DNA from: Octopus sinensis
Lineage: Eukaryota
Assembly (NCBI RefSeq): GCF_006345805.1
Contig: NC_043003.1
Location: 38,812,001 to 38,876,000, forward strand
Direction of reading: 5' to 3'
Length of the DNA: 64,000 bases
The position numbers and the translations under genes were made by a program. Of this stretch, positions 13,217-27,245 are shown piece by piece (the first letter of the stretch is position 1; each line of letters begins with the position of its first letter). The notes beneath the pieces are model-generated. The model searched no databases, had not been told where the DNA came from, and was given only the letters and a program-made list of their open reading frames with translations.

Positions 13217-14377
13217 TTAAATTGACTTAACTCCTCCCCTGAATTTCAGAATTTGTGACTATATTAGAAACAATACTTCTTGGTATTGTGCTTGTTCAGT
13301 AACAACTGTGACAAATATTGATAAACTTCACATACTTCTTGTTAGCAACAAATAATTGGATGTTACAGTTTTTGTAAATGTTTTGACTTCCACCTTAAAC
13401 CTTGATTAAGCAGAAATATAATCAAAAGATTTCCAGTCATGATCACCCATTCTTTTAACCCTTTAGCGAACAGATTACTCTGTCAAATGTAATGCTTATT
13501 TATTCACATTGTTTAGAATTAATAACTGCTTATCTCATAGCTTTTAGAATTTGATAATGTTGATTGTTTATTTTTAACATGACAGTACGGAGTAGGTGGG
13601 AGAGGTTGAATCTGCCTGGTTTGAACATAAAACAGAATATTTTGGCTGGATATGGCCAGCTCAGATGTTAAAGAGTTAAGGAATATCTTTGTCTACATTG
13701 TTCAGTGTGTCCTTTCTTTACTGTCTTTAATTAAGACTGTAGGGTGTGATTTTAGGAAGTGTTGGTCACTATCACTTGCAAGTTGAATAACCACAGAGTA
13801 TCTAGACATGTTTAATTAGGTCAGTGCTTGTATGTACTGATGGCAGTCAGTCACAACAGACATAACCAAGATGGGTATAGTCAAAACATAACAGCATTAT
13901 GTTTGTAAACAGTACATCTATGAGAGATAAATTTGCCTTTTGCGATGTGCTTACATTGAGCATGATACACAGATAGCTATTTTATTCTAATCCTGCTTCT
14001 GTTGCATATAATAGATTTTTATTTAGCCAGGTGGCCATTTGCAACACCAGTGATTGCTTATTTGCTGTTTTCCTATATCGGTGATGACAGATGTCATCTT
14101 AACATGCATTTGGCTGTGATGCCAATTACATGTATGCAATTGGTAACACCCAACTAGGCAGAAATACTGCATCTAACATTCTCACCATCTGCAGCTAGGA
14201 TGATTTTCGTCTACTTCTATATATATATTCTGTTTTTAAACACAGCATGTCCATAAAAGATATCTCTGAATAAATACTGCAGTAAATATATTTTTATATG
14301 CAATGTATTTACATTAAGTATGATACACACATGGCTGTTTTAATCTAATAATGCTTCTGTTGTATATAACATAACAG

Positions 14378-14690
14378 TGAAGGTGCATGGCTTAGTGGTT
14401 AGGGTATTTGGCTCACAATCAAAAGGTCGTGAGTTCGAAAAACCAGTGGTACATTGTGTCCTTGAGCAAGACACTTTATTTCACATTGTTTCAGTACATG
14501 TACTCAGCGGGCAAAAATGAGTTGTGCGTGTATTTCAAAGGGCCACTCTCTCACATTCTGTGTTATGCTGAATCTCTTCAGAACTATGTTAATGGTATCG
14601 ATGCTTGTGGAGTGCTCAGCCACTTGCATGTTAATATCACAAATAGGCTGTTCTGTTTATTGGATGAACTGGAACACTGGTTGTCGTAGC
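14378..14690 (+). mobile_element. tRNA-derived SINE (family B)
   Basis: GAAGGTGCATGGCTTAGTGGTTAGGGTATT...GTGAGTTCGA head, body as at 32464. Confidence 0.7.
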
Positions 14691-15456
14691 CAATGGAGTG
14701 CCATACCTCCATATAACAGTTTTTGGCCCTTGTTTTAGGTAGTTTGCATCCTAGTATAATGTTTAGGGGCCCTTTAAACAACCCACACTATCCTGAGAGT
14801 ACTGTCCATCTCAATCTGTTCAAACACATCTACAAAACTCTAGATAATCACTGCAACACCATCCTGGGAACATTATCCCTCCTGACCTGTTCAAATATAC
14901 GAACACTCCAGAACACCACTACTACACAATCCTGAGAGTACCACCCTTTCTGTTCTGTCCAAACAGGTCAAAACACTACTACAACATCCCTGAGCACTAA
15001 CCACTACATTGCCATCCTCAAAAAACACTATCCTTTCCACTTTGACAAATGTAATAAAAATAGCAGCTAAATCTCTCTCATCTTATCTACAGTGTTAAAA
15101 AAAAAACAAAACAAGGGCACATTAATGCCATCCTAGTTATACTGATCATCCTCATCATCGTTGTTGTTTAACACCATCCTTCCATGCTGGCATGGGTTGG
15201 ATGGTTTGACAGGAGCTAGCCATGCAGAAACCTGCACCATATTTCTGTATCTGTTTTGGCAGAGTTATTTTTGTGGCTGGATGCCCTTCCTAACACCAAC
15301 CACCCTTGCAGAATGGGCTGCAATCTAAAAAAAAAAAAAGAAAATGGAACGATTATAGGTTTGTTTGATCAAGACTGCCTGAGGCTAACACCACCACCTC
15401 CACCACCAATGAATCTAATATTTCTGTTAAATGTTTTTTTCTTTTTATTTTTTCAG

Positions 15457-15519
15457 AGTTGTGGTTTACATGAGGAAGAACTGTCTGGTTCCTCCTCCAT
15501 CAAAGGTCAAGGATACTGA
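15457..15519 (+). CDS. COPS3: COP9 signalosome subunit 3, terminal coding exon
   Basis: Long pyrimidine tract and ttttcag| acceptor, phase 0, SCGLHEEELSGSSSIKGQGY*, comparable to vertebrate SMGSQEDDSGNKPSSYS* (recalled). Confidence 0.8.
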   Translation, partial: SCGLHEEELSGSSSIKGQGY

Positions 15520-15764
15520 ATCATCCCCCATCCCTCACCTAAACGCTATGGATTCTAATTGAGTCACACTGGTCAAGGAGACTTTAATGTGACCATTAAC
15601 TGGACAATGACCCTTCCTCCCATGATTTCACTGTTTTAGGATAAATTCCTTAAGATTGGCTTTTGTTCCAGTCTTGGAATTTGTTCTAACTCTCCCCTGC
15701 CCCAACCCACTATCACCTCCACCACCAGCCTGTTGCTATGGTAACTAATAACAGCTCAGACTCC

Positions 15765-15770
15765 AATAAA
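15765..15770 (+). terminator. Candidate COPS3 poly(A) signal
   Basis: AATAAA ~245 nt after the stop codon, followed by a T-rich tract. Confidence 0.5.
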
Positions 15771-16305
15771 CTGCTTTTCTTTTTATTGTTCCTTATCATG
15801 GTGTTGTTTTCTTTTTTCCTCTCTCTTTGTGTTATCATAATTATTAATATCACAGTTGTGTGTGTAATCACCATTGTTTAACGTCTATTTTCCCATGATT
15901 GCATGAGTTGGACAAAATTTGTTGAGACAGATTTTGTACAGCCAGATGCCCTGCTTGTTGCAAACCCTCACCTGATTACAAACAACGGTAATATCTTCCC
16001 ATGACCAGACATGTTTTCACAGAAGACTGGAAATGAAGAACATTGCTTACCTGGCAGTAACATTCAGTTACAACTATCCTTTGAAGTCAAGGCAAGGTGG
16101 TAGTACACACACACACACACACACACACACTGCAATGGCCTTCTTTCAGTTTTCATCAGTTCAGGACTAAAACAAGATACTCGTCCAAAATGTAATGCAG
16201 TGGGACTGAACTTGTGACCATGTGGTTGGGAAGCAAACTTCTTACCACACGGCCACACACACAATTTCACTTGCACATATGTATACATATAATAATAATA
16301 TATTT

Positions 16306-17140
16306 GGTGGCGTCGGCGTCCGTACCCTCGTTGGCACTTATGTGAGTACATATTCCTGTAAATTTGGTACGACTCTACACACTGTCTCTCTCTCCTACAT
16401 TTCTCTGCCTTTCACACTTTGCATTCTACTTTGATCTGTCCCCTTCTCTCTCTCTCTCTCTCTCTCTCTACTTCTCCTTTTCTCTTTTCTTGCCTCTGAT
16501 TCTCTGGTCTACTCTTCCCCCACTCTCACATTTATCTGTCTTTCTTACTTTGCACTCACTAGTCAATCTTTGACACACACTCTTTCTTCTCCCCTCTCTA
16601 ATTCCGTCTTTCTCTCTCTTCTCTCCCCTTTGTTGCCTTCGTCCCTCTTTTTCTCTCTCTCTTTGTTTCCTTTGCCCCCTTTCTTTTCTCTCTTTTCCGT
16701 CACGTGACTGCTGGCCAAATCAGCCTTTTGGCCTCCGACCAGTGCTGTGAGAACATCGTTGTCTTTGTCTGCCGAAAAGGCATTTTTTCCAAAATACCCC
16801 AGCTAAACTTGTTGTACTGTTATTAGTCGTGAGACACCTGCTGTTTTCGTCCTGTTTTTACCATTATTGTTTTTTGTATTTTATATTCGTGTGGCATCGT
16901 CCGTTTTTCTGTCCCTGTTTCGTATACATTCGATCCTTCTTCCAAGAAATCTAATGCTTGTAGCTTAGTTTTTCCTTGGGGCTGACCGGATCGGAGCGAT
17001 CTCAAGATTAATCAGCTGAAATTGCTACGATGATCCGGTTCTTGACTGAAGATTGAGGGCTTCGAATGTCCCGTCCGTGTTTTTTGTATCGTCTTCTAAG
17101 TGTTTTGTGTTCTTGTCCCAGTTTGTATTTTTCTACATAT
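16306..17140. repeat. Unclassified ~830-bp non-coding element between (TAA)n/(TA)n runs, possibly a Penelope-like terminal repeat
   Basis: Flanked on both sides by CATATAATAATAAT; CT-rich block, CACGTG, a hairpin at 16985-17039 and a T-rich end; no ORF. Confidence 0.3.
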
Positions 17141-17152
17141 AATAATAATAAT

Positions 17153-17188
<36 letters not shown>

Positions 17189-18129
17189 TCATGCTATATG
17201 CATTTATTTCCATTGTTGTGTGTGGTTTAGTGTATTGTGTATGTATATGTTCATCTGCATTATGGTCTTTTCCCCATGCTAGCATGGGGTTAGATGAATA
17301 CTGTATTATCAAAGCATTGTATCATAACTGGATACCCTTCCTGCTGTTAACTCTTAACTGTTTTTCAAGTAAAAGATTCTTTTGTATTTCATATATTTTT
17401 GAAAGTACTGAGCAGTCGGACGATTTCTTGATGGAATTGTCAACTGAGTTTACCAATTTTAATTCAGCCCTATTTTCAGGTGAGCACAGAATGTAAATGG
17501 AGCAAACCCATACTCAAAGACGTTAGGGTCATGTATTCAGATACATATATATCTAGAACTAAACGTGGCTGTGTGATTAAGAAGCTTGTTCCCCAACCAT
17601 TTGGCCTCATATTTAATCCCAGTGTATGGCACCTTGGGCAAGTGTCTCCTACTGTTGCCCTGGGATGTCCAAAGCCTTGTGAGTGGATTTGGTAGATGGA
17701 AATTGTAAGAAGCCTGCCGTGTGTGTGTGTGTCAGTTCGTGTGTACCCTTGTCCTGACACTATGCGATAATTGTAAACAATCATCAACGTAGTACAAGCA
17801 AAAATAGGATTTGCAACAGAAAGTGCAGCCATCCAGAAAGTTTTGTCCCCTGCCCAATAATTCTATTGTACATACTTTTAATATTCTGTATTTACAATAT
17901 TTTGTACATATTCTACATTATCAATGTTTGATGAATTCAACATTCTATACTTACAACTCCAAATATTTCATATTCTGTACTTATAGCTCTTTGTATTCCG
18001 TATTCCATTATATGTATTCCGTATTCTATTCAGTCCGTATCCCATACTTACAATACGGCTTTCCTAATCCTTATTTTCAATGCTCTATGCAATCCAGATT
18101 CCATACTTGCAATACTCTATACATTTCAC

Positions 18130-18612
18130 TTTTCATTACACTATCGAAATCGAAATCAAATTCGATGACTGGTATCTGTGCTAGTGGAGCGCTAAAAGCA
18201 CCATCCGAGCGTGATCGTTGCCAGAGCGGCTAACTGGCTTCCGTGCCGGTGGCACGTAAAAAGCACCATTTGAGTGTGATCGTTACCAGCGTCGCCTTAC
18301 TGGCACGTGAAAAAACATTCGAGCGAGGTCGTTGCCAGTGCCGCTGGGCTGGCTCCTGTGCAGGTGGCACGTAAAAACACCATTTGAGCGTGGCCGTTGG
18401 CAGTACCACCTGACTGGCCCTCGTACCGGTGGCACGTAAAAGCACACACTACACTCACAGCGGTTGGCGTTAGAAAGGGCATCCAGCTGTAGAAACACTG
18501 CCAGATCAAGATTGGAGCCTGGTGCAGCCATCTGGTTCGCCAGACCTCAGTCAAATCGTCCGACCCATGCTAGCATGGAAGGCAGACGTTAAACGATGAT
18601 GATGATGATGAT
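18130..18612 (+). mobile_element. RTE-type LINE tail with minisatellite
   Basis: GGTGGCACGTAAAAAGCACC units, terminal CCCATGCTAGCATGGAAGGCAGACGTTAAAC(GAT)n. Confidence 0.75.
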
Positions 18613-18725
18613 AAAGTGTACATTTTACATTTACGTCAGTATTTTATATGTACAATATTCCATACATTTCACATTTCAAATATAGAATATGAAATGTATA
18701 TTCTGAAATTTCATATTTTATATAT

Positions 18726-19772
18726 ATTATATCGAGTCAAAAGTTTTACAGTGTTTTAGTAACTTATTTGCTTTATTCGGCACATTACAACAAAAATAGC
18801 TATTTCTTTACTACCCACAAGGGGCCAAACACAGAGAGGACAAACAAGGACAGACAAACGGATTAATTTGATTATATCGACCCCAGTGCGTAACTGGCAC
18901 TTATTTAATCGACCCCGAAAGAATGAAAGGTAAAGTCGACCTCGGCGGAATTTGAACTCAGAACGTAGTGGCAGACGAAATACTGCTAAGCATTTCGCCT
19001 GCCGTGCTAACGTTTCTGCCAGCTCGCCGCCTTCTACAACAAAAATAGCGTAGCATTCAAAGTAGAAGCCCTCGTATTCCACCGTCAGAAGCCACCTTTC
19101 CACCTGTTTTTTGATCCCATGCTGATATCCATTTTTGTCTTTCGAGGCGAAGAACTCCTTCACTGAATTTTCATCCTCATCTTGGTTAATGAAGTGTCGC
19201 GAGCACAAAAAATAAAAGATGGATTGGAACGAGTAATAATCCGAGGGAGATATTTTTCTGCAACCCTAACGTGCGTAAGCAGTGGTTAAAAAAAATGGGC
19301 TAGCTTCTGGAATTTGTCGCCAAACATGGGCGTTTTGAACACAAGATAATGCTCTGCGTCTGATGGAATTATGAGGGGATAATTCACTACAAATTCGTTC
19401 CGGATGGTCGAACCATCGATGTCAACATGTACTCCGAACAGCTGGAGCGGTTGTATGCCATTGTGCGGCAAAATACCCGACATTGGTTAACAGAAAGCGA
19501 GCTCTTCCGCAGCAGAATAACGTAAGACCTCTTACCGCTCGAACAACCCGGAACGAGCTCCGGGAATTTGAGGGAATCGAATTGTTAGCACATCCAGCGT
19601 AAAATCCGTACCTCGTTCCCTCGGATTATTACTTGTTCCGATCCATGGCTCACTTCTTGCGCTTGCGTTTCATCAACCAAGAGGCCTCAACTTTGAATGC
19701 CAGACTACTTTTGTTGTAAATTGATTATAAAACAAATAAGTTTCAAAAATATTGCAAAATTTTGGCAATATA
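18726..19772. mobile_element. Two mariner 3' halves fused in inverted orientation
   Basis: Minus strand 18726-19246 encodes PSDYY..F...KEFFASK...GI....RW...VEYEGFYFE; plus strand 19247-19690 encodes KIMLCV*WNYEGIIHY...PSDYYLF; both outer ends are related TIR-like sequences. Confidence 0.65.
18801..19034 (-). mobile_element. SINE family C (Nin/Deu-like core) with 15-bp TSD
   Basis: TSD TACAACAAAAATAGC at 18786-18800 and 19035-19049; tail ...GCCCCTTGTGGGTAGTAAAGAAAT. Confidence 0.88.
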
Positions 19773-19804
19773 TCAATTCTACACGTTCCATCCTTCCAAT
19801 ATTC

Positions 19805-20018
19805 GAGCTGGCAGAATCGTTAGCGCGCTGGGCGAAATGCTTAGCGGTATTTCATCTGCCGTTACGTTCTGAGTTCAAATTCCGCCGAAGTCGACTTTAC
19901 CTTTCATCCTTTCGGGGTCGATTAAATAAGTACCAGTTACAGACTGGTGTCAATGTAATCGACTTAATCCCTTTGTTTGTGCCCTCTATGTTTAGCTCCT
20001 TATGGGCAATAAAGAAAT
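19805..20018 (+). mobile_element. SINE family C
   Basis: GAGCTGGCAGAATCGTTAGC head; tail TGGGCAATAAAGAAAT. Confidence 0.8.
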
Positions 20019-20199
20019 AAATATTCTATACATTTGATATCTCATATTTACAATAATTTCATACATCTTAAATTTCCCCTACAATATTTTTCATATTTCA
20101 TTAGGATGTCAGATAAATTTGATCGTTTTTTTTTCTACTTTATTCCTTATTTTTCATCAACAGTTTTCACAAATCAGTCAATAATATATTTTCCATTGT

Positions 20200-21130
20200 T
20201 CACGACTAGCATGTAAAAACCTTGTTAGTAGATATCACTGGGTCATGACTCGAAGAATTCATCGATTCACGTTTTCAGATCCTCGTTGTTGAGTGACTGA
20301 AAAAATGATAATCAGAATACGGAGGGGCGGTTGAACTTCCCATCCGAGCTCTTGACTTGCAATTTTGGTCAAATTAGCGACGTGAAGGCGAGCATTGTTG
20401 TAGAAGCACGCCGTGTCACCGGTCAGATTGTTTCAACTCGATTGCTTCGACGGAGCCGATGCATTTACCGAACATAAAGCTCTGCATTGACTGAGTGGTT
20501 GTTTTCATGCATTTCGTATGCAATCCCACCAAACGCAGACAATTGCCTTGCTTTATTGCAGCTCTGGTTTGGTTCGAGGTGTTGTTTGCTTGTTGGGACT
20601 TAGCCATTCTCCCGTTTTTTTTTCTTCTTCATACTGATATGAAGACTCTATTTTCTTCGCTGGTGACGTTGCAGTAAAGAAATCTCTGTTTGTTTCCACT
20701 AATAGCCTGGTGTGGAGTGAACAAACGTCAGGTGATATAGGAGCACTGGGGTTTGTCTCTTTCGCTCAGAGCATGTGGTACCCATATAGTGAGTTTTTAG
20801 ACCTCACCCATCGAGTGAAGGTTACGGGCGACGGTTATTATGAGAGTATCCTGTCTGCTGAGCCAATTCCCTAGTGGATTGGTACGGATCCTCGTAGATG
20901 AGCTCCTTCACTTGATTCTCGTTGAATAGAACAGGTCGACCGGAGTACAGAGAAAATGTGAGGCCGAATTTTTCCCTCCTTGAAGTATGAAAATAATTTT
21001 TGAGCATTTCTTGAAAAAAAAAAAAAAAAAAAAGCGAAGAGAAGCAGATGTCGAAAATGCTCATTTATTTCTACATGGTACTCTATCGCCACATGTTTGA
21101 AAAGAGGTAAGATCTATTTTAATTTCAAAA
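20200..21130 (-). mobile_element. Degenerate mariner remnant
   Basis: Minus strand EHFRHLLLFAF, SGRPVLFNENQVKELIYEDPYQSTRELA and HGVLLQ...QELGWEV fragments. Confidence 0.65.
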
Positions 21131-21905
21131 ACGATAAGCTAAAGCTGTAGAGGAAGACCAGAGCTAAAAAAAAACCCTATAAAACACAATGATAAAATCA
21201 TATTTATAATTCCACACGTTCCACATTCCACACTTACAATATAGCATGCATTTCATATATATTCTATCCTAACACCATATAGTCTTTACTATATATGCTT
21301 CCACGTTAGATATTCTACATCCTTCTACATTATATATCCAAATTCCATATTAGCTTCCATCAACAATATTTCTGCAACACTACTATGCAAATATGTGCAA
21401 CAAAGAGATCTTGTCTCAGAAAAAAAAGACAACAAAAAAAAAAACCTAAACCAAAACAATTATAACCTAGACGCACAGCAATTAAGTGAATATTCTAAGA
21501 TATATGTTAAATATAAAATAACAGACTCAATATAATATAACCCCTCTTCCTCCTCCTACCAGAAATCCGAACATTCTAAATTTGAAAATTAAACGAACAA
21601 TAAACAAAGGCAAAAAAAGGTAAACATCTCGAGGAAATCTAACAAAGAATTACTTTATAAGTTTTCTAAAATTCTATAAATTGATACACGTCTGCAGATT
21701 CAATTAACAGACATTCCATTACAACAAAGAACTACATTATATGTTTGCTACAGAATTCTTCATTGTTCATGTATAATTCTAGGGTCACCCCTATCATCAA
21801 AGATGCTCCCTCTTGTCGTAATCACTCCGTCTGTCTCTTTTCTGTGTGTGTTTATGTGTGTATATATGTATGTATGTATTAATATATATATATATATTAT
21901 ATATA

Positions 21906-21956
<51 letters not shown>

Positions 21957-22439
21957 AATCGGCAACAGAAATTAGAGTGACCAACGACCGAAACTTTCGT
22001 GCATCTGATAGTGCAAATGCACGCAACTCTCGACCCTTGAGATACTTTGTAAGTTTTGCCGATTAAGAATAGTGATAAAAATGTATACATTCCTGTTTGG
22101 AATTCTGTTTTCTTGGTGGTATCACTAAAAAAAAAAACATCCTGTGAAAGATAAATATCATTTAATATATACAGGATTTAAAACTGAGTTACTATTAGTT
22201 TCATGCTGTGAAAACATGATGTTCTGACAAGTTTGTATAGCATACCGTGTAGTTTCCAAGTAATCTTTCAGACTCAAATGTGGTAACAGGGCTGGTCTTT
22301 TTTGAGAAAAAAAGTACAAATAAATAATAATAATTATTATTATTATAAACACTGACTTTTGAAAAGAATGAGAAAGGACGCCGACTGTTGGTCAGATCCC
22401 CCACTTATTAGTGCAGAAATAAAAATAAAAATGACAGCA

Positions 22440-25400
22440 CATCCTAGGCACAGACGGTCTTACAATAAAACCTGAGCAAAACCTATTTATATTGGAAAGC
22501 TTAAAGATCTTGATTTGCAGGAAGCTTTCCAAGAACATCCTTCATCAATTCAGGGTCCACTTATATGAAGTAATCTACAAAAGTATATGATAGCTTTTCT
22601 GAATTATTTGGTTTTCAAAAAGCTGATAATTGGGATTTACTTGATAAAAATAATACGGAGGTAACTTTGCTACTTGAGCATAAGTCTGTGTTCAGAAAAA
22701 TCACTTCTTTAGAGTAATTTATCCTCCATTAGATGCAAAAAAGAGACGATGTGCTAAAACGAATTAAAAACAGAGGTACAGAGAGCAATAAGAAGTATGA
22801 AAAAAAGATTGTGGTGGGATTTGTCAAAAGATATTTAATCTGCTGCTGATTGCAATGATGCTAAAAAGATTTATGCTCTCATAAAAGAAAAAAAACATAT
22901 GGTCCTAAATTTGCAAGAATTACACCTTTATGCTCAAGGAATAGGGAAACATTCTTTACATCAATGGAAGCTATTGTAAGACGATGGAAGGAGAAATTTT
23001 TTAACTTCTTTATCTAAAGTTGTAATGTCACAAGTTCAAATCTCGATTAGTAAACTTAATCCTGGAAAAGTACCAGGAATAGATGGAATCGCAGCAGAGA
23101 TTTTCCAGTCTAGGGGCTACCATGTGGTAAAATTAATGCATGAAATAATTTGTGATGAATGGCCTGATGGTGTTATCCTCATTTATAAGGGGAAAGGATC
23201 ACGAGATGGATATGGTCATTCTAGAGGAATTACACTCTTATCCTCTACCGGCAAAGTACTTTCTGAGGTTCTCCTTGCACGATTAAACGATGAGATTTCA
23301 CCAAATGTTCTCTCAGAGTCTCAGACCAGATTCTTAGACCAAATCAAGAGATCATGGATATGATGTGTTCTGTAAGTCAGGTGCAAGAAAAATGTCAAGA
23401 GCAAAATCTAGATTTAGTCCAGGTTTTTGCTGATTTGACAAAGGCGTTTGATACAGTGGCTCGGCATGCATTATGGGAAGTTTTGCGTAAGTTTAGCTGC
23501 TCAGTACATTTCGTGAACATGATAAAATCTTTTCGTGATTACATGGACGTGTTTGCTAATGTTGGAGGAGTTCTTTCAGAATCTTTTAAAGTGGTAAATG
23601 GAGTAAAGCAGGGAGATATTCTTGGACCGACGATGATTTCTCTATATTTTTCGAATATGCTTGCAAATGCATTCAAAGATTGCAGGGAGGCGTATATATT
23701 CATTATAGAAGCACCGATAAATTATTTAATTTGGGAAGATTGTCAGCAAAACAAAGACGTTTATTTAGCTAATAAAATTTATTGTGCAGATGATTGTGAC
23801 TTGGTAACCCATTCAATGAGAGACATGCAGCACCTGAATCCAGTATGCCCTTTGGGCTGACAATAAGTTTGGATATAACTGTTGTTATGTTTCAACCAGC
23901 GTCCAACTCATACGAGGAAATACCCAAAAAATAACTGGAAACGTTCTGTGTGGGACAAGCCCATTGTAGTTCAGGCTTCTGCCATTAGGAGCTACCTGAG
24001 GCAAACTTCAGACATTAGTAAACCGATCGGCGTCGTCGAGTCAAGTCGTACTACCACGTGGTACGTCTTTGTTTTGCAGTGCTTCCGTTCATCGGAACTG
24101 TTCATCGATTTTTGCGATGACTGAAACGAAGGAACAACGTGCTTCAGTGAAACTCTGTTCTCTGCTGGTGCAAACGGCGACCGAAACAGTTGTCATGCTT
24201 TAAACAGCTTACAAGGACGCTGCCATGATCAAAACACAGGTTTATGAGTGGCTTTCACGCTTTAGGAATGGTCACTTGTCTCTTGAAAACCAACCTCATT
24301 CAGAGCAACCATCAACCTCCCGAACGAATGAAAAGCATCATGAAAATTTATGAACTGATCTTGGAGGACCATCAGCAAACAAATAATGAATTTGTTGATA
24401 TGATTGGTGTGTCCTAGAGCTCCTGCCAACGAATTTTGAGCGGGGATTTGCGAATGAAAAGAGTTGCAGCAAAATTTGTGTCTCGCTTGCTCACGGAACA
24501 TCAAAAGCAGTCATGACTGAATGCATGTCGTGGACGAAAGAACAGCTGGAAGTTGATCCGGGCTTTTTTTCGAAGGTCATTAATGGTGACGGAAGCTGGT
24601 GCTATGGAATTTGTAGATGTAGAAGAGGTGAAGAAGAAAAACGACGGAGTCATTAAAAGCATCACATTACCAGAGTTTCAAGACTGCTTCGAACAGTGGA
24701 AAACGCGTCTGAATCAATTCATTGCATCTAATGGAGAATACTTTGAAGGCGATAAAAGTGTAAACATGGAAAATTAAGTGACTAAAATAATATTGTAAAA
24801 TTCCGGTTTCTTTTGGGTATCCCCTCGTATTATGAACCTGAGATTTTTTTTCAAAACACGAAACTGAATGATGTGGATAAATTTACATATCTTGAAAGTG
24901 TGCTGGATCGGGTTTGTTCTATAGATGATGAAATGGCGAACCGTCTTCAAAAAGCATCTCACGCTTTCAAGAATTTTTGAAGGGCGAGTTTGGTCTAATA
25001 GAGATATTACCAGAAACACAACTGTTACAGTGTACAGAGCTTGTGTGCTTTCATACCTTTTTGCCTCATGTGAGACACGAATAGTATATAGGAAGTATCT
25101 AAAATTACTCGAGCGATTTCATCAGTGATGTTTGTGCACAAAATACCGGATTCTGAAGTAATTGTATGTGCTGGTGTGGATGACATTGAAACTGAAATTC
25201 ATTGACGTAGATTTCGCTGGATTGGCTACTTGGTTAGGGAATCTGTTCAACGCATGCCCAAACATCTACTATATGGTCAGATAAAAGGAGCAAAGAGACC
25301 TCAATGTAAATCAAAAATGCATTTCAAAGTAAGTCTCTAAAGAATTTCAAAATGATGCATGCAAACTGGGAGAGCGATGCAGTGAGCCGAGCAAAATGCA

Positions 25401-25800
25401 GGAAAAAAATGCCCGAGAAGGTGCTACCTTGTTTGAGGATTTGAAGGTAATAAACTGATAAAGAAAGAGGCAAAAATGGCTTTGCTTGTGGCCAACGATC
25501 TTTCCCTCCTAACTTGTAATGCCTGCAACCGTATTTGTTTCTCTCATACCGAACTAGTTAGACGTAAGCGGAAGCACGTATTTAGGCTCTCTACTGACTT
25601 TTCACAGTCATAACCTGATGAATTGTCTTGCTTTGTTTGGAATAAGATCTGCAGAAGTAGATCTGGGTTGACAAGGCACATGAAATGTCATAATAACAAT
25701 TCCCAGCAGTCTTTACAGCGAAATGAAACGTTTTCATGACGTCTGTGTGGAAAAATTTGTAAATCTCTTGCTAGATTCAAGAATTATTTCCGGTCACATA
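22440..25800 (+). pseudogene. RTE (BovB-like) LINE remnant interrupted by a mariner
   Basis: KLNPGKVPGIDGIAAEIF, QEKCQEQN..FADLTKAFDTV, GVKQGDILGP, CADD (YADD-like) and, after the mariner, YRACVLSYL..CET...LERFHQ. Confidence 0.8.
23913..24827 (+). mobile_element. Internally deleted mariner
   Basis: TA-flanked TIRs CGAGGAAATACCCAAAAA / TTTTGGGTATCCCCTCG; EQRASVK..., VYEW..RF.NG..SLEN.P.S..PST, RVAAKFVSRLLT. Confidence 0.85.
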
Positions 25801-26088
25801 ACACGTAGACAATCTCTAACCATCTTCTAGTAATTTTAAACTGTAAATATTCAGCTCCATACTACCTACAAATTTGTGTGTTGTTATTTTTAAAAACTAG
25901 TTTGGTGTGTGTGTACGCTGTCAATGCTGGAGTTGAGAAGTGTCACACTCATTTAATGAGGCTACAGCCATTACATACATACACATACATACATAATACA
26001 AACATACATACATACATACATACATACATACATGTATTCACGCATGCATACATACATACATACATAAATACATACACACATACACACA

Positions 26089-26129
<41 letters not shown>

Positions 26130-26314
26130 TTTATTTAAAGCAGCAGAAAATTCAACAAAACCTGTTACACTGAGTTTCCCGTTGCCGTTCATCGGAAAAC
26201 TCAGAGTAACAGGTTTTGTTGAATTTTCTGCTGCTTTAGATAAAGCATATTACTCTACCACTGGTATTTGAGTACTCTTTTTTCCACCTTGTTTCACATT
26301 TATGTGTTTACTCC

Positions 26315-26351
<37 letters not shown>

Positions 26352-26357
<6 letters not shown>

Positions 26358-26760
26358 GCTCAAAAAATAAGAGAGTGGTCAGTGACATGTATGTGAACAA
26401 CATAGACAAATACAGGCATATCAAATACCATACAACATAAATTCTTTATTTATTTAAACAGTTTCTGCCTCTTGATGATGTATCATAATTACCAATTGGC
26501 AACTGAGATCAGTTCGATATAAGAAAGGGAGATAATCTCAGGAATCAAGAATTCTCCAAAGTTGACATGCTATTAAGGCAAGGAGAGTTATTGTTCGAAG
26601 ATACGAGGATAGTTGTGGACACGCGTTTCTACCTCAATATGCATCATCTTCGTTTTCCCTACGAAGACTCAGGCGAAAGTCCTGAGTAGCAGGAGACTAT
26701 CTTGACCAAAATAAAAATATTATTAATCTCCACTATGATGTTCAGTATTCTCTCTTCCAG
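26352..26760 (-). mobile_element. Possible Tc1-like remnant
   Basis: TACACGCTCAAAAAATAAG resembles a Tc1 TIR; coding similarity is weak. Confidence 0.3.
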
Positions 26761-27197
26761 TATTCAACATGTTTAGTGTTGAATGCATACATTATCATTT
26801 AAATATATATGAGCATATCTAGATATGCAACTATATGCATGAGAATACATACATAAAACATACATACATATATGCATACATACATACATGTATACATACA
26901 TACATACATACATACATACATACATACATACATACATACATACATACATACATACAAAAATACCCTGTTGTTGATGTTGAAATTCCAATGAAGGAGCCTT
27001 GGATCTAGATTAGAAACCGATTCTTTCTCGATTGGCAAGAAATCTTGAATTAAACTGAATAATGACATACATACATACACACACACAGACATATATGTAT
27101 GAAATTTCTTTCGGCTTTAATAAAAATAGTACATTATTCCGCCTTTGGTATTCAAGTACTATCTTTTCCACCTTGGTTTGCACCTATGTGCTTACTT

Positions 27198-27245
<48 letters not shown>

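Noticed and set aside
21960-22052. Possible non-coding first exon ending at TTT|GTAAGT
   Set aside because: A donor motif alone is insufficient evidence.
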